Shown piece after piece: positions 19,687 to 29,609 of a stretch of 62,651 nt of DNA. This stretch comes from Candidatus Magasanikbacteria bacterium CG1_02_32_51 (GTDB lineage Bacteria > Patescibacteriota > Patescibacteriia > Magasanikbacterales > UBA922), in NCBI GenBank assembly GCA_001871435.1, contig MNVC01000012.1, forward strand, positions 1-62,651, in the 5' to 3' direction. Numbering within the stretch: the first letter of the stretch is position 1; each line of letters begins with the position of its first letter. The translations under genes were made by a program, and so were the position numbers. The notes under the pieces are model-generated. The model was not told the origin of the DNA. It saw only the letters and a list, made by a program, of their open reading frames with translations, and did no database searches.

Positions 19687-20415
19687 ATGAGCAAATTGAT
19701 TGAAGTAAAAGACTTAACAAAACAATATGAAAATGGTGAAGTAGTGACCAAGATATTACATGGTCTGACTTTTGATATTGAAAAAGGAGAATTTGTTTCT
19801 ATCATGGGTCCTTCTGGTTCTGGTAAATCTACATTGATGCATATTTTAGGTTTTCTTGATACTTTAACTTCTGGTACTTTTTTGTTTGAAGGACGTGATG
19901 TTAGTCAACTTAGTGATGATGAGCTAGCAGATATGCGCAGTAATAAAATTGGTTTTGTGTTTCAAGCCTTCAATCTTCTCAATCGTTCTACAACTCTAGA
20001 AAATGTGATGTTGCCACTGCTCTATACTAAAGTTTCAAAGAAGGAAAGAGTGAAAAGAGCTACAGAATTACTCATCCAAGTTGGTCTTGGTCATAGATTG
20101 GATTATTCTCCAAGTAAGCTTTCTGGTGGTGAAAAACAACGTGTGGCTATTGCCAGAGCTTTGGTCAATGATCCTGAAGTTATTTTTGCTGATGAACCTA
20201 CAGGAAATCTTGATTCCAAATCTGGTTTACAAGTTATGAAGATATTACAGGACTTAAATAGAGATAAGGGACATAGTATTATTCTTGTTACTCATGAAAA
20301 ATACACAGCCGAGCATGCAGAGCGTATTATTACTTTGAAAGATGGTCTTATAGAATCAGACAAACCTGTGGAGAAAAGACAAATCGCCGATGAGAATGGG
20401 ACTTTAATTAAGTAA
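19687..20415 (+). CDS. ABC transporter ATP-binding protein (MacB/LolD-like)
   Basis: GPSGSGKST; LSGGEKQRVAIARAL; DEPTGNLD; VTH. Confidence 0.95.
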   Translation: MSKLIEVKDLTKQYENGEVVTKILHGLTFDIEKGEFVSIMGPSGSGKSTLMHILGFLDTLTSGTFLFEGRDVSQLSDDELADMRSNKIGFVFQAFNLLNRSTTLENVMLPLLYTKVSKKERVKRATELLIQVGLGHRLDYSPSKLSGGEKQRVAIARALVNDPEVIFADEPTGNLDSKSGLQVMKILQDLNRDKGHSIILVTHEKYTAEHAERIITLKDGLIESDKPVEKRQIADENGTLIK

Positions 20416-20455
20416 GTTTTTGTAAGTATTAACACTCCGGATTGTTGTAATTAAT

Positions 20456-21694
20456 ATGGACGTGATAGAGAATATAACAAGTTCTTGGCAGACAATAGCG
20501 CACAGTAAAGCACGTTCTTTTTTGACAATGCTTGGAATTGTAATTGGTGTAATGGCAGTGATTATTGTGTTGTCTGTTGGAGCTGGAGCTCAAAGTCTAA
20601 TAATAAATCAGGTAAAAAGTTTGGGTTCAAATCTTATTGGTGTTTTGCCTGGTAATTCAGAAAAAGATGGACCTCCTGCTTCAGCTTTGGGAATAGTAGT
20701 TACTACTTTGATTTATGATGACGGAAAAGAGATCTTGAAAAATGGTTGCAAATGTATAGAAAATGTGGCTATGTATGTGACTGGTAACGATACTATTATA
20801 GCAGGGGATAATAGTATAACTAGTAATTATACTGGTACTACTGCTAGTTATATTGTTGTAGAAGATACTGATGTTGAATTTGGTCATTTTTTTACAGAGG
20901 AAGAAGAAAAGACTGCTGGAAGAGTTGTCGTTTTGGGATTTGGTGTCAAAGACAAACTTTTTGGTAATGAAAATGCTTTGGAAAAAAGAATTAGAATAGG
21001 AAAAGTAAATTTTTTTGTTGTAGGTGTGATGAAAGAGCGTGGTGTAAGTGGTTTTCAAAATCAAGATGACCAGATATTTATTCCAATTTCTTCAGCTCAA
21101 AAATTATTATTGGGTATAGATTATGTAAACTATATGAGAATAAAAGTCAATACTGCTGAAAATGTTGATCAAGCTGTGGAAAGTGTTGAACAAATTTTGC
21201 GTGATAGACATAATATTGGAACGGGGGAGAGTGATGACTTTTCTGTTAGATCCGCTGCTCAAGGTCTTGATGCCATATCTAATATTACTAATGCTCTAAA
21301 GTTTTTCTTAGTAGCTATTGCTAGTTTGTCTTTGATTGTTGGTGGTTTTGGTATTATGAATATTATGCTTGCCACTGTCCAAGAGCGTACTCAAGAAATT
21401 GGTTTGCGTAAGGCTATTGGTGCCAAATCTAGACAAATTATTTTTCAATTTTTGGTAGAGTCAATGGTAATTACTTTTCTTGGTGGTGCTATTGGAATAA
21501 TTTTTGGTGTTTTGATTTCAGTTGTTGTAGCAAAAACAGCTCAAAATATGGGTTATTCATGGGATTTAGTGATTACATTTGGTTCAATTTTGTTAGCCTG
21601 TGGTGTATCTGTAGGAATTGGTTTGTTAATTGGTATTATACCAGCACGTCGTGCTAGCAAATTGAATGCCATTGAATCATTACGTTATGAATAG
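20456..21694 (+). CDS. ABC transporter permease (MacB/FtsX-like)
   Basis: RSFLTMLGIVIGV; VGGFGIMNIM...ERTQEIGLRKAIGA. Confidence 0.93.
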   Translation: MDVIENITSSWQTIAHSKARSFLTMLGIVIGVMAVIIVLSVGAGAQSLIINQVKSLGSNLIGVLPGNSEKDGPPASALGIVVTTLIYDDGKEILKNGCKCIENVAMYVTGNDTIIAGDNSITSNYTGTTASYIVVEDTDVEFGHFFTEEEEKTAGRVVVLGFGVKDKLFGNENALEKRIRIGKVNFFVVGVMKERGVSGFQNQDDQIFIPISSAQKLLLGIDYVNYMRIKVNTAENVDQAVESVEQILRDRHNIGTGESDDFSVRSAAQGLDAISNITNALKFFLVAIASLSLIVGGFGIMNIMLATVQERTQEIGLRKAIGAKSRQIIFQFLVESMVITFLGGAIGIIFGVLISVVVAKTAQNMGYSWDLVITFGSILLACGVSVGIGLLIGIIPARRASKLNAIESLRYE

Positions 21695-21851
21695 TAGTGT
21701 TAAAATGTTCTAAATGATGAAGTTGCTATAATTGAAAATCAATTACAACAAATGTAAGTGGTACAACATTTTCAACATAGGTAATTTATAGAGTAATATT
21801 TTTATTTAATTGTATTTTGTCTAATCATAAACTCACTTTTCAAAATTTTGT

Positions 21852-23093
21852 ATGTTTATAAAAGACTTATTTGAAATTTCAGGTACGGCTTTAATTAGAC
21901 AAAAGATGCGTACTATTTTAACTACTATTGCTCTTAGTATTGGTATTGCTTCGGTTGTAATTATTATTTCAGCAGGTAAGGGATTGGAATCTATGGTTTT
22001 GGGTGCTTTGGATATTTTTAGTCCAAACACTCTCAATATTGAAGTGCGTGTACCTGGAAAGGGAAATAGTGGTAGTGCTACAAGTATGGCTACTGGTGTT
22101 TCTATTACAAGTTTAAAAAATACAGATATAGAAGCTATAGTAAAACATCCAAATATTTCTTTGGCTTATGGTTATTTGACTAGTCAACAAGTAATAAAAT
22201 ATCGTGAACAAAATAAAACAGTTACTGTTTTGGCTTATGGTGCGGATTACGCAAAAGCAAATAGTGTAAAAATTGCGCAAGGTAGATTTTATAACTCTGA
22301 TGAAGAAAATGTTTTGGCACAAGTAATTTTTTTAGGTTCAAAAATAAGTGAAGATTTGTTTGGTAATGATACTGCTGTTGGTAAAATTGTTTTTGTAAAA
22401 GGAAAATCTTTTCGTGTAGTGGGTGTACAAGAAAAAGTTGGAGCTAGTTTTGGGTTGGATATGGATAGCGCTGTATATATACCAACTAAAACTATGCAAA
22501 AAAGATTTTTAGGGACAGATTATGTGATGGGTGTGGGAGCTTATGTAGTAGATATGTCTAAATTAGAAACTACCAAAGAAGATATAGAAATGCTACTGCG
22601 TGAAAGACACGATATTACAGATCCTGATAAAGATGATTTTCAAGTAACTAGTATGAAAGAAGCTAGAGCTACTTTGGAAACTGTGTTAGGTGGCATCACA
22701 TTATTACTTATTGCACTTGTTTGTATCTCTCTTCTTGTGGGAGGTGTGGGAATTACCAATATTATGTATGTAACTGTGACTGAACGTACTTTTGAAATAG
22801 GTCTTCGTAAATCTCTTGGAGCCAAATCAAAAGATGTTTTGTGGCAATTTTTAATAGAAGCCATGATGTTGACTTCAGTTGGTGGTATAGTAGGTGTATT
22901 ATTTGGTATTATAATTTCTTATGGTATTTATTTAGGAGCCAATAGTTTTGGAATAAAATGGATGTTTTCCATTCCATTTTATTCTATTATATTAGCTATT
23001 GGATTTTCTACGGCTGTTGGTTTGTTTTTTGGTATTTATCCAGCCAAAAGAGCAGCATCTTTGAGTCCTATTGTAGCGATTAGAAAAGAGTAA
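21852..23093 (+). CDS. ABC transporter permease (MacB/FtsX-like)
   Basis: RTILTTIALSIGI; VGGVGITNIM...ERTFEIGLRKSLGA. Confidence 0.93.
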   Translation: MFIKDLFEISGTALIRQKMRTILTTIALSIGIASVVIIISAGKGLESMVLGALDIFSPNTLNIEVRVPGKGNSGSATSMATGVSITSLKNTDIEAIVKHPNISLAYGYLTSQQVIKYREQNKTVTVLAYGADYAKANSVKIAQGRFYNSDEENVLAQVIFLGSKISEDLFGNDTAVGKIVFVKGKSFRVVGVQEKVGASFGLDMDSAVYIPTKTMQKRFLGTDYVMGVGAYVVDMSKLETTKEDIEMLLRERHDITDPDKDDFQVTSMKEARATLETVLGGITLLLIALVCISLLVGGVGITNIMYVTVTERTFEIGLRKSLGAKSKDVLWQFLIEAMMLTSVGGIVGVLFGIIISYGIYLGANSFGIKWMFSIPFYSIILAIGFSTAVGLFFGIYPAKRAASLSPIVAIRKE

Positions 23094-23097
23094 TTGA

Positions 23098-23192
23098 GTT
23101 AAAAGTTTTTAAAGTTCATAAAGTTTATAAAGTAATGTTTATTTTAGCATTTTTTGTACTTTTAACTTTCAACTTTACAAACTTTATAAACT
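23098..23192. repeat. AAAGT/ACTTT inverted array with about 9-nt period
   Basis: aaagtttttaaagttcataaagtttataaagt ... acttttaactttcaactttacaaactttataaact; relatives near 24670, 39545, 40275-40392 and 53877. Confidence 0.75.
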
Positions 23193-23259
23193 AGGTTTAT
23201 TTGCTTTTTTTATCAAAATGAGCTATTATACAAATATAATTAGTTATCAAAATTATACT

Positions 23260-23967
23260 ATGTGGAGCTTTATTTGGAATGATTTGTTATACCAGCCTGT
23301 ATTTAATGTCCTTATTTGGTTGTATAATAATGTTACCAACCAAAATTTAGGTTGGTCAGTAGTCTATTTGACTATTGTTTTGCGTATTTTGCTTTTGCCT
23401 TTGAATATTATTGGCGAGAGAAACAAAGTGCGTGATGAACAAGTACAAGAAGATATCAAAAAAATTGAGAAAGATTATCGTAATGATCCAATGCTTCAAA
23501 AAGAAGAAATTAGAAAACTAGTTAAAAAAAATAAGATAAATCCTTGGGCAAAAGTATTATCTTTGGGTATTCAGTTGCTTGTTTTAGTTTTGCTTTATCA
23601 AGTATTTTTGCAAGGTATTACTGGAGAAAAATTGTTACGTACTCTGTATGATTGGGTAGATTTTCCAGGTAGTATCAATATTTATTTTTTTGGTTTTAAT
23701 CTTGGTAATAGACATGATATATTGTGGCCAGGTTTTGTAGCTATTATTCTTTTGGCAGATATATACATAGATTTAAAGAAGCATAAAGAAAATGTTACTA
23801 AGTCTGATCTTGCATATTTTGTATTGTTTCCAGCATTTTCTTTTTATATTCTTTGGCTTTTGCCAATGGTAAAATCAGTATTTATCTTGACATCAATGTT
23901 TTTTAGTATGTTGTTAGGTTTATTTATTAGAACATTGTTTAGATCACACAAAAAACAAATAAATTAA
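23260..23967 (+). CDS. yidC: YidC/Oxa1 family membrane insertase (short form)
   Basis: LYQPVFNVL...LGWSVVYLTIVLRILLLPL...IKKIEKDY...INP...LGIQ. Confidence 0.75.
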   Translation: MWSFIWNDLLYQPVFNVLIWLYNNVTNQNLGWSVVYLTIVLRILLLPLNIIGERNKVRDEQVQEDIKKIEKDYRNDPMLQKEEIRKLVKKNKINPWAKVLSLGIQLLVLVLLYQVFLQGITGEKLLRTLYDWVDFPGSINIYFFGFNLGNRHDILWPGFVAIILLADIYIDLKKHKENVTKSDLAYFVLFPAFSFYILWLLPMVKSVFILTSMFFSMLLGLFIRTLFRSHKKQIN

Positions 23968-23988
23968 TTTTTATTATAATAAAAATAT

Positions 23989-24597
23989 ATGGCTGGAGAT
24001 TCACTGGACAAATTAATGTATTCATTTGTCATGGAGGATGTACTAAAAGGTTTATTTATAAAAGTTCCACCGGGTCACGTAGCTTGTGTTTATGATCTTG
24101 GTAGAGGAGTACTTAGAAAAGTTTTGACTCCAGGTCTTCATTTAAAAATTCCTTTTTGGCAAAAGGCTAGACTTTTTAATACTCAGACTTTGGAATATGC
24201 TATAACCAGAGAATTCAATCCTCTAAATCCTAGAGCTATGGGAGATGTGCCTATTGGAGCCGTAACTAAAAGTAATAAAAAAATTGCCATAGAAGGTACT
24301 GTTTTGATACGTTTGGATATTCATCAAATTCCAAATATTTGGCAAACTATTGGTGAAGATTTCGTTGAAAAAATTATTCGTCCAACTATGCGTAGTCGTA
24401 TGCGTATGGTTATTAGTCGTTTTAACACTGAAGAAATTATTGGTGCCAAGCGTGATGCTGTAGAAATTGAATTAAAAAATGAATTAGAAAGAATATTTTA
24501 TTCTCGTGGTATTTATGTAGAAAATGTTTTACTTAGTGAAATTTCTAGTATTGCTGAAATTAGAAATGCTGGTAAGAGTGTGGCAGATATTGAATAG
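23989..24597 (+). CDS. SPFH/prohibitin domain protein
   Basis: VPPGHV...VLTPGLHLKIPFWQ...IGEDFVEKIIRP...GIYVENVLL. Confidence 0.85.
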   Translation: MAGDSLDKLMYSFVMEDVLKGLFIKVPPGHVACVYDLGRGVLRKVLTPGLHLKIPFWQKARLFNTQTLEYAITREFNPLNPRAMGDVPIGAVTKSNKKIAIEGTVLIRLDIHQIPNIWQTIGEDFVEKIIRPTMRSRMRMVISRFNTEEIIGAKRDAVEIELKNELERIFYSRGIYVENVLLSEISSIAEIRNAGKSVADIE

Positions 24598-24716
24598 TTT
24601 TCATTAAAATATTTGAACATTAAAACACTGTAAAAAACAGTGTTTTTTGTTAAGTAAATGCATAGTTATAAGGACTTTGTAACTTTACAAACTTTATGGA
24701 CTTTATAAATTATGGA

Positions 24717-24777
24717 TTAGCACTTGACAGGTTAGAGTGATAATAGTATAATATCACTGTAATTATAAGAGTGCTAA
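24717..24777 (+). promoter_or_regulatory. Two CIRCE boxes overlapping a consensus sigma70 promoter
   Basis: TTAGCACTT-N9-GAGTGATAA (24717-24743) and ATATCACTG-N9-GAGTGCTAA (24751-24777); TTGACA at 24724, 17-nt spacer, TATAAT at 24747. Confidence 0.9.
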
Positions 24778-24788
24778 AAAACTCAAAT

Positions 24789-25466
24789 ATGTTGGATGAA
24801 AGAAAATCAAAAATATTAGAATTAATTATTGAAAATTATACAAAGTCGGCTGAGCCTATTGGTTCTAGTTTTTTGGTAGATAATTGTAGTTTAGATCTTA
24901 GTGGAGCTACTATTAGGAATGAAATGCGTGATTTGGAAGAAAACGGTTATTTGACCCATCCTCACACTTCATCTGGTAGAATTCCGACTGAACTTGGTTA
25001 CAAATATTATGTAGAAAATATTATGCAAGTGAAGACTATTAGCAAAAAAATAGCTGATAATCTAAATATTATTTCTGAAGAAAAAGCAGATGACGAATTG
25101 AAAACTATTGCCAAAAATATTTCTGAAAAGACTGGTAATGCTGTCATAATTGCTTTTGGTGCTGGTTCGCTTTATTATACTGGTATCAAAAATCTTTTTT
25201 CTCAGCCAGAATTTCATGATTATTCTTATATGGTAAGTGTATCAGCAATTTTTGATCAGTGTGAAGATACAATAGGAGATATTTACAAAAATATTTTGAA
25301 AGATAAACCAATTATTTTGATAGGTGAAAACAATCCATTTGGTAGTATGTGTGGTTTGATTGGTGTCAAATTGAAAAATAACATTTTGTTTATGGTTTTG
25401 GGTCCAGTACGTATGGACTATTCTACCAATTATACTTTGTTGGATTATTTATTAAAGAAATTTTAA
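24789..25466 (+). CDS. hrcA: Heat-inducible transcription repressor (short form)
   Basis: ERKSKILELII..Y...AEPIGS...SGATIRNEMRDLE..GYL..PHTSSGRIPT..GY; LGPVRMDY. Confidence 0.93.
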   Translation: MLDERKSKILELIIENYTKSAEPIGSSFLVDNCSLDLSGATIRNEMRDLEENGYLTHPHTSSGRIPTELGYKYYVENIMQVKTISKKIADNLNIISEEKADDELKTIAKNISEKTGNAVIIAFGAGSLYYTGIKNLFSQPEFHDYSYMVSVSAIFDQCEDTIGDIYKNILKDKPIILIGENNPFGSMCGLIGVKLKNNILFMVLGPVRMDYSTNYTLLDYLLKKF

Positions 25467-25475
25467 ATAAAAATT

Positions 25476-25991
25476 ATGTCTGAAGATAAAAAAAAGATAA
25501 AAGAAGATAAGAAAATAAATAGTAAAATAGTTGAATTGGAACAACAATTAGAAGAATACAAATCTGGTTGGCAAAGAGCTCAAGCTGATTACCAAAATTT
25601 ACAAAAAGAAATAGATGACAAAAAAAGTGAATGGATAAGAATAAGTGAATTACAAGTTTTGACAGAATTTATGCCAGTGTATGACAATTTTAAAAAAGCA
25701 TTTTTACATCATCCAGAATTGGATGTAGAAAATGAAAAAGATAAAAAAATAAAAAATTGGATAGATGGAGTTGGGTTTATAATGAAACAATTTGGTGTTG
25801 TTCTCAAAAACTTCGATATAGAAGAAATAAAAACTGTTGGTGAAAAGTTCAATCCAGAAATGCATGAGGCTTTGGGAGAAGAAGAATCAGATGAAGAAGA
25901 GGGGATAATCTTGAAAGAAGTTGATGTTGGCTATAAAATGAAAGGAAAAATAATAAAGGTGGCAAAAGTGATAATTGCGAAAGGTCACTAA
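25476..25991 (+). CDS. grpE: Nucleotide exchange factor GrpE
   Basis: QRAQADYQN; VYDNF; GEKFNPEMHEAL; GYKM..KII..AKV. Confidence 0.95.
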   Translation: MSEDKKKIKEDKKINSKIVELEQQLEEYKSGWQRAQADYQNLQKEIDDKKSEWIRISELQVLTEFMPVYDNFKKAFLHHPELDVENEKDKKIKNWIDGVGFIMKQFGVVLKNFDIEEIKTVGEKFNPEMHEALGEEESDEEEGIILKEVDVGYKMKGKIIKVAKVIIAKGH

Positions 25992-26164
25992 TCCCGAAAT
26001 GAAATTCCTGAGGAACGAAGGAATTGAGTAAGGGATCTTTCCTAAATAAAAACGTTTTTATTTAGTTAATTTACTTAGACGTGATTACTAGTTTTCAATA
26101 TATATCTATTAAAATAATTCATTCTTAAGAAAGATCCCTCTCCGTCCTTCGGCGGATCGGGATG
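25991..26164. repeat. GGATCTTTC...GAAAGATCC inverted REP-like doublet
   Basis: atcccga...gggatctttcctaa ... ttaagaaagatccc...tcgggat; the spacer is homologous to 33571-33741. Confidence 0.7.
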
Positions 26165-26165
26165 T

Positions 26166-26606
26166 ATGGAGAAAAATATGTTACCAAGAATATGGGATTC
26201 ATTTTCTGAAATGGAACAAATGGTAAGAAATTTTCCTGCTCTTACCAACAATGGTGATTTCAATCAGAAAACTTTTGTACCGGCCGTTGACATCTACGAA
26301 ACAAAAGAAGACGTCATGGTTGAAACTACTTTGCCTGGAGTGAATCCAGAGCAAATAGAAATAAGTGTAGAAGGTGGTGTACTTACTATTCAAGGTGAAA
26401 GTAAAAGAGAACATGAAATAGATGAAAAAAATTATTATCGTAAAGAAGTTCGTAGTGGCTCATTCTTTCGTCAAGTGGCTTTGCCTGTTTCCGTCCAAGA
26501 AGATAATGTGAGTGCAGAGTTTGAAGATGGGGTACTCAGAATAAAATGTCCAAAGTCTGAAGATAAAAAATCAAAGAAAGTAAATGTAAAAATAATTAAA
26601 AAATAA
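26166..26606 (+). CDS. Hsp20/alpha-crystallin small heat shock protein
   Basis: PAVDIYET...LPGV...LTIQGE...EVRSGSFFRQVALP...AEFEDGVLRIKCPK. Confidence 0.95.
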   Translation: MEKNMLPRIWDSFSEMEQMVRNFPALTNNGDFNQKTFVPAVDIYETKEDVMVETTLPGVNPEQIEISVEGGVLTIQGESKREHEIDEKNYYRKEVRSGSFFRQVALPVSVQEDNVSAEFEDGVLRIKCPKSEDKKSKKVNVKIIKK

Positions 26607-26624
26607 TTTAATATACAGAAAAAT

Positions 26625-28598
26625 ATGGGAAAAATATTAGGAATAGATCTAGGAACAACCAACAGTTGTATGGCTATCATCGAAGGTGGTCAGCCAAAAG
26701 TACTAGAAAACAAAGAAGGAAATAGAACTACACCATCGGTAGTAGCAATTTCCAAAACAGGTGAGCGTCTTGTTGGTCAACTTGCCAAGCGTCAAGCTGT
26801 AACCAATCCAAGTAATACTCTTTATTCTATCAAGCGTCTGATTGGGCGTCGTTTTGAGGATAAAGAAGTACAAGATACTATCAAACATTCACCTTATACT
26901 ATTGTCAAAGATGGTGATAAATTGAAAATAAAAATGGGTGACAAAGAATATACTCCACCAGAAATTTCAGCCATGATTTTGCAAAAATTAAAAGCAGATG
27001 CTGAAGAAAAACTTGGTGAAAAAATAACTGAAGCTGTAATTACAGTTCCTGCTTATTTTGATGATTCACAAAGACAAGCTACTATTGCTGCTGGTGAAAT
27101 AGCTGGATTAAAAGTTGCTCGTATTATTAATGAGCCTACAGCAGCTGCTTTTGCTTATGGTTTTGACAAAAAAGGTGATCAACAAATTGTAGTTTATGAT
27201 TTGGGTGGTGGTACTTTTGATGTCTCTGTTTTGGAAATTTCTCATGATGGCGCACAATCTACAGTAGAAGTAAAAGCTACTAACGGTGATACACATCTTG
27301 GTGGTGATGACTTTGATAAAAAAATTATGGAATGGATTCTAGAAGAATTCAAAAAAACAGAAGGCATTAATCTTGGTAATGATCCATTATCATTACAACG
27401 TGTCAGAGACGCTGCTGAAAAAATAAAAATTGAATTATCAAGTACTGTAGATGGCGAAGTCAATGAACCATTTATTACTTCTGGTGTTGAAGGTCCAAAA
27501 CATTTAAGTTTGAAACTTAGTCGTGCTAGATTGGAAGAACTTGTGTCTGATCTTGTTGAAAGAACTATGGTTCCTCTTAGAAAAGCTCTTGAAGATGCTG
27601 GAATCAAAAAAGAAGATATTAATGAAGTAGTGCTAGTTGGTGGTATGACTCGTATGCCACTTGTACAACAAAGTGTTGAAAAATTTTTTGGTAAAAAACC
27701 ACATGTTGGTGTCAATCCAGACGAAGTGGTGGCTGTAGGTGCTGCTATTCAAGCTGGTCAACTTCAAGGTGACTTGGGCAAAGAAATTTTACTTCTTGAT
27801 GTCACTCCACTTTCTCTTGGTCTTGAAACTCTTGGTGGTGTATGTACAAAGCTTATAGATAGAAATACCACTATTCCAACAAGTAAAACTCAAGTATTTT
27901 CTACAGCAGCTGATAGTCAACCAAGCGTAGAAATTCATGTTTTGCAAGGTGAACGTGAAATGGCAGTTGATAACAAAGCATTGGGAACATTTATGCTTGA
28001 TGGAATTCCACCAGCTCCTCGTGGTATACCACAAATTGAAGTAAAATTTGATATTGATGCCAATGGAGTATTGCAAGTATCAGCCAAAGACAAAGGTACT
28101 GGTAAAGAACAATCAATTCGTATTGAAGCTTCCTCTGGACTTTCTGATGCAGATATAGAAAAAATGAAAAAAGACGCTGAAGCTCATGCTGATGAAGACA
28201 AGAAAAAACGTGAAATGATTGATATCAAAAATACAGCTGATACTATGATTTATACTACAGAAAAAATGATGAAAGATATTATTGAAAAGAAAATAGAAGT
28301 TACAGATGAAGAAAAGAAAAAAGTAGAGGAAGGTTTAACAAAATTAAAAGAAGTAAAAGAAAAAGATAATATTGAAGAAATTAAAAAAGTTGCTGATGAA
28401 TTGTCTACTGCAGCTCAAGCTATTGGTATGAAAATGTATCAACAAGAATCAGCCTCCGCTAAGGCTTCGGCTGACAAGCAAGGTGCTGGTACTGAGGAAG
28501 TTAAGACTGAAGAAAAGTCCGCCCAAGGCGGATCCGACTCGGTCGGAAAAGATGAAGGTGAATCTGTAGAAGGTGAAGTGGTTGATGATAAAAAATAA
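26625..28598 (+). CDS. dnaK: Chaperone DnaK
   Basis: [40 protein letters not shown]. Confidence 0.99.
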   Translation: MGKILGIDLGTTNSCMAIIEGGQPKVLENKEGNRTTPSVVAISKTGERLVGQLAKRQAVTNPSNTLYSIKRLIGRRFEDKEVQDTIKHSPYTIVKDGDKLKIKMGDKEYTPPEISAMILQKLKADAEEKLGEKITEAVITVPAYFDDSQRQATIAAGEIAGLKVARIINEPTAAAFAYGFDKKGDQQIVVYDLGGGTFDVSVLEISHDGAQSTVEVKATNGDTHLGGDDFDKKIMEWILEEFKKTEGINLGNDPLSLQRVRDAAEKIKIELSSTVDGEVNEPFITSGVEGPKHLSLKLSRARLEELVSDLVERTMVPLRKALEDAGIKKEDINEVVLVGGMTRMPLVQQSVEKFFGKKPHVGVNPDEVVAVGAAIQAGQLQGDLGKEILLLDVTPLSLGLETLGGVCTKLIDRNTTIPTSKTQVFSTAADSQPSVEIHVLQGEREMAVDNKALGTFMLDGIPPAPRGIPQIEVKFDIDANGVLQVSAKDKGTGKEQSIRIEASSGLSDADIEKMKKDAEAHADEDKKKREMIDIKNTADTMIYTTEKMMKDIIEKKIEVTDEEKKKVEEGLTKLKEVKEKDNIEEIKKVADELSTAAQAIGMKMYQQESASAKASADKQGAGTEEVKTEEKSAQGGSDSVGKDEGESVEGEVVDDKK

Positions 28599-28653
28599 TT
28601 TGTAAGCAGAATAGGCAAATTAAGCAGAATAGGCAGAATAAGTATAATTGAAT

Positions 28654-28766
28654 TTCCCTCCTCGAGAGCCTGTGCCGTACTTGATACGGTAAGGGATTAA
28701 GGGAGGTGTAACCGTCTTAGTAATATAAACATGGTAACACCATCTTGACCTCTCTCGAGGGAGGAA
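28654..28766. repeat. Inverted REP-like doublet (CCCCTC...GAGGGG family) with a nested ccgtacttgatacgg hairpin
   Basis: ttccctcctcgagagcctgtgccgtacttgatacgg...gggaggtgtaacc...ggtaacacc...ctcgagggaggaa. Confidence 0.8.
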
Positions 28767-28896
28767 CTCACGAAAGTAAATAAACATCTTTGCCCTGTCT
28801 TGATTTTTGAGATGGGACAAATGGTTTGTTTAATTGAATATATTGTAGTAAAATGTAGACATATATTTTAGATGTTAGATATTAGAGAATGATTTT

Positions 28897-29537
28897 AAGT
28901 CCTGGAAGGACATGAAGATTTTAGGCTGGTACTTTAGTACCAGTAAAAAATGTAGTTTATGTAGTCCCAGAGGGACGATTGATGAAAATATGTCAGATAC
29001 TTTTTCAAAATTATTTTTTCATGTTGTTTTCAGTACCAAGGAAAGGATAAAATTTCTTAAACCAGATTTGAGAGTTAGACTCTTTGAATATATGGGTGGA
29101 ATAGCTAAAAATAATAATTTTCAAACAGTATTTACAAATGGTACAGATGACCATTTACACACATTATTATTATTGAAGCCAAATATAGCTGTATCAAAAG
29201 CTGTCCAGCTTTTGAAAGGTGGTTCTTCAAAATGGATACATGATAATTTTTTAGATTTGAAAATGTTTACTTGGTAGAGTGGTTTTGGTGCTTTTTCTGT
29301 TAGTCATTCCCAGGTTGAAAAAGTTATAGAATATATTTCAAAGCAGGAAGAACATCATAAAAAAATGGATTTTAAAGAGGAATACAAAAAACTATTGAAA
29401 ATAAATAATATAGATTATAAAGAACAATATTTATTTTAAACATGTAGTTCATTCGTCCCTCTGGGACTAAATATTATTATAATTTATATACGGGTACTGA
29501 AGTACCCGCCTAAATACTTATTGTCCCTCTGGGACTT
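28897..29537 (+). mobile_element. IS200/RAYT-like element: Y1 transposase between about 85-nt inverted arms, each with three hairpins
   Basis: Left arm 28897-28982 and right arm 29449-29537 are reverse-complement homologues (gtcccagagggac; ggtact..agtacc). Confidence 0.85.
28990..29439 (+). pseudogene. tnpA: IS200/IS605-family TnpA (RAYT-like) Y1 transposase with an internal TAG
   Basis: FHVVFSTKER, DHLH (HUH), LLKGGSSKW, FTW*SGFGAFSVS...EYISKQEEHH. The TAG at 29275-29277 replaces the usual Gln and cuts off the catalytic Tyr. Confidence 0.9.
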
Positions 29538-29609
29538 GTTTATAGGAAATGTAAGTATTTCAAAATTGTTTTAAAATTTAAAATTACTAAATTTAAAATT
29601 TTTATAATT

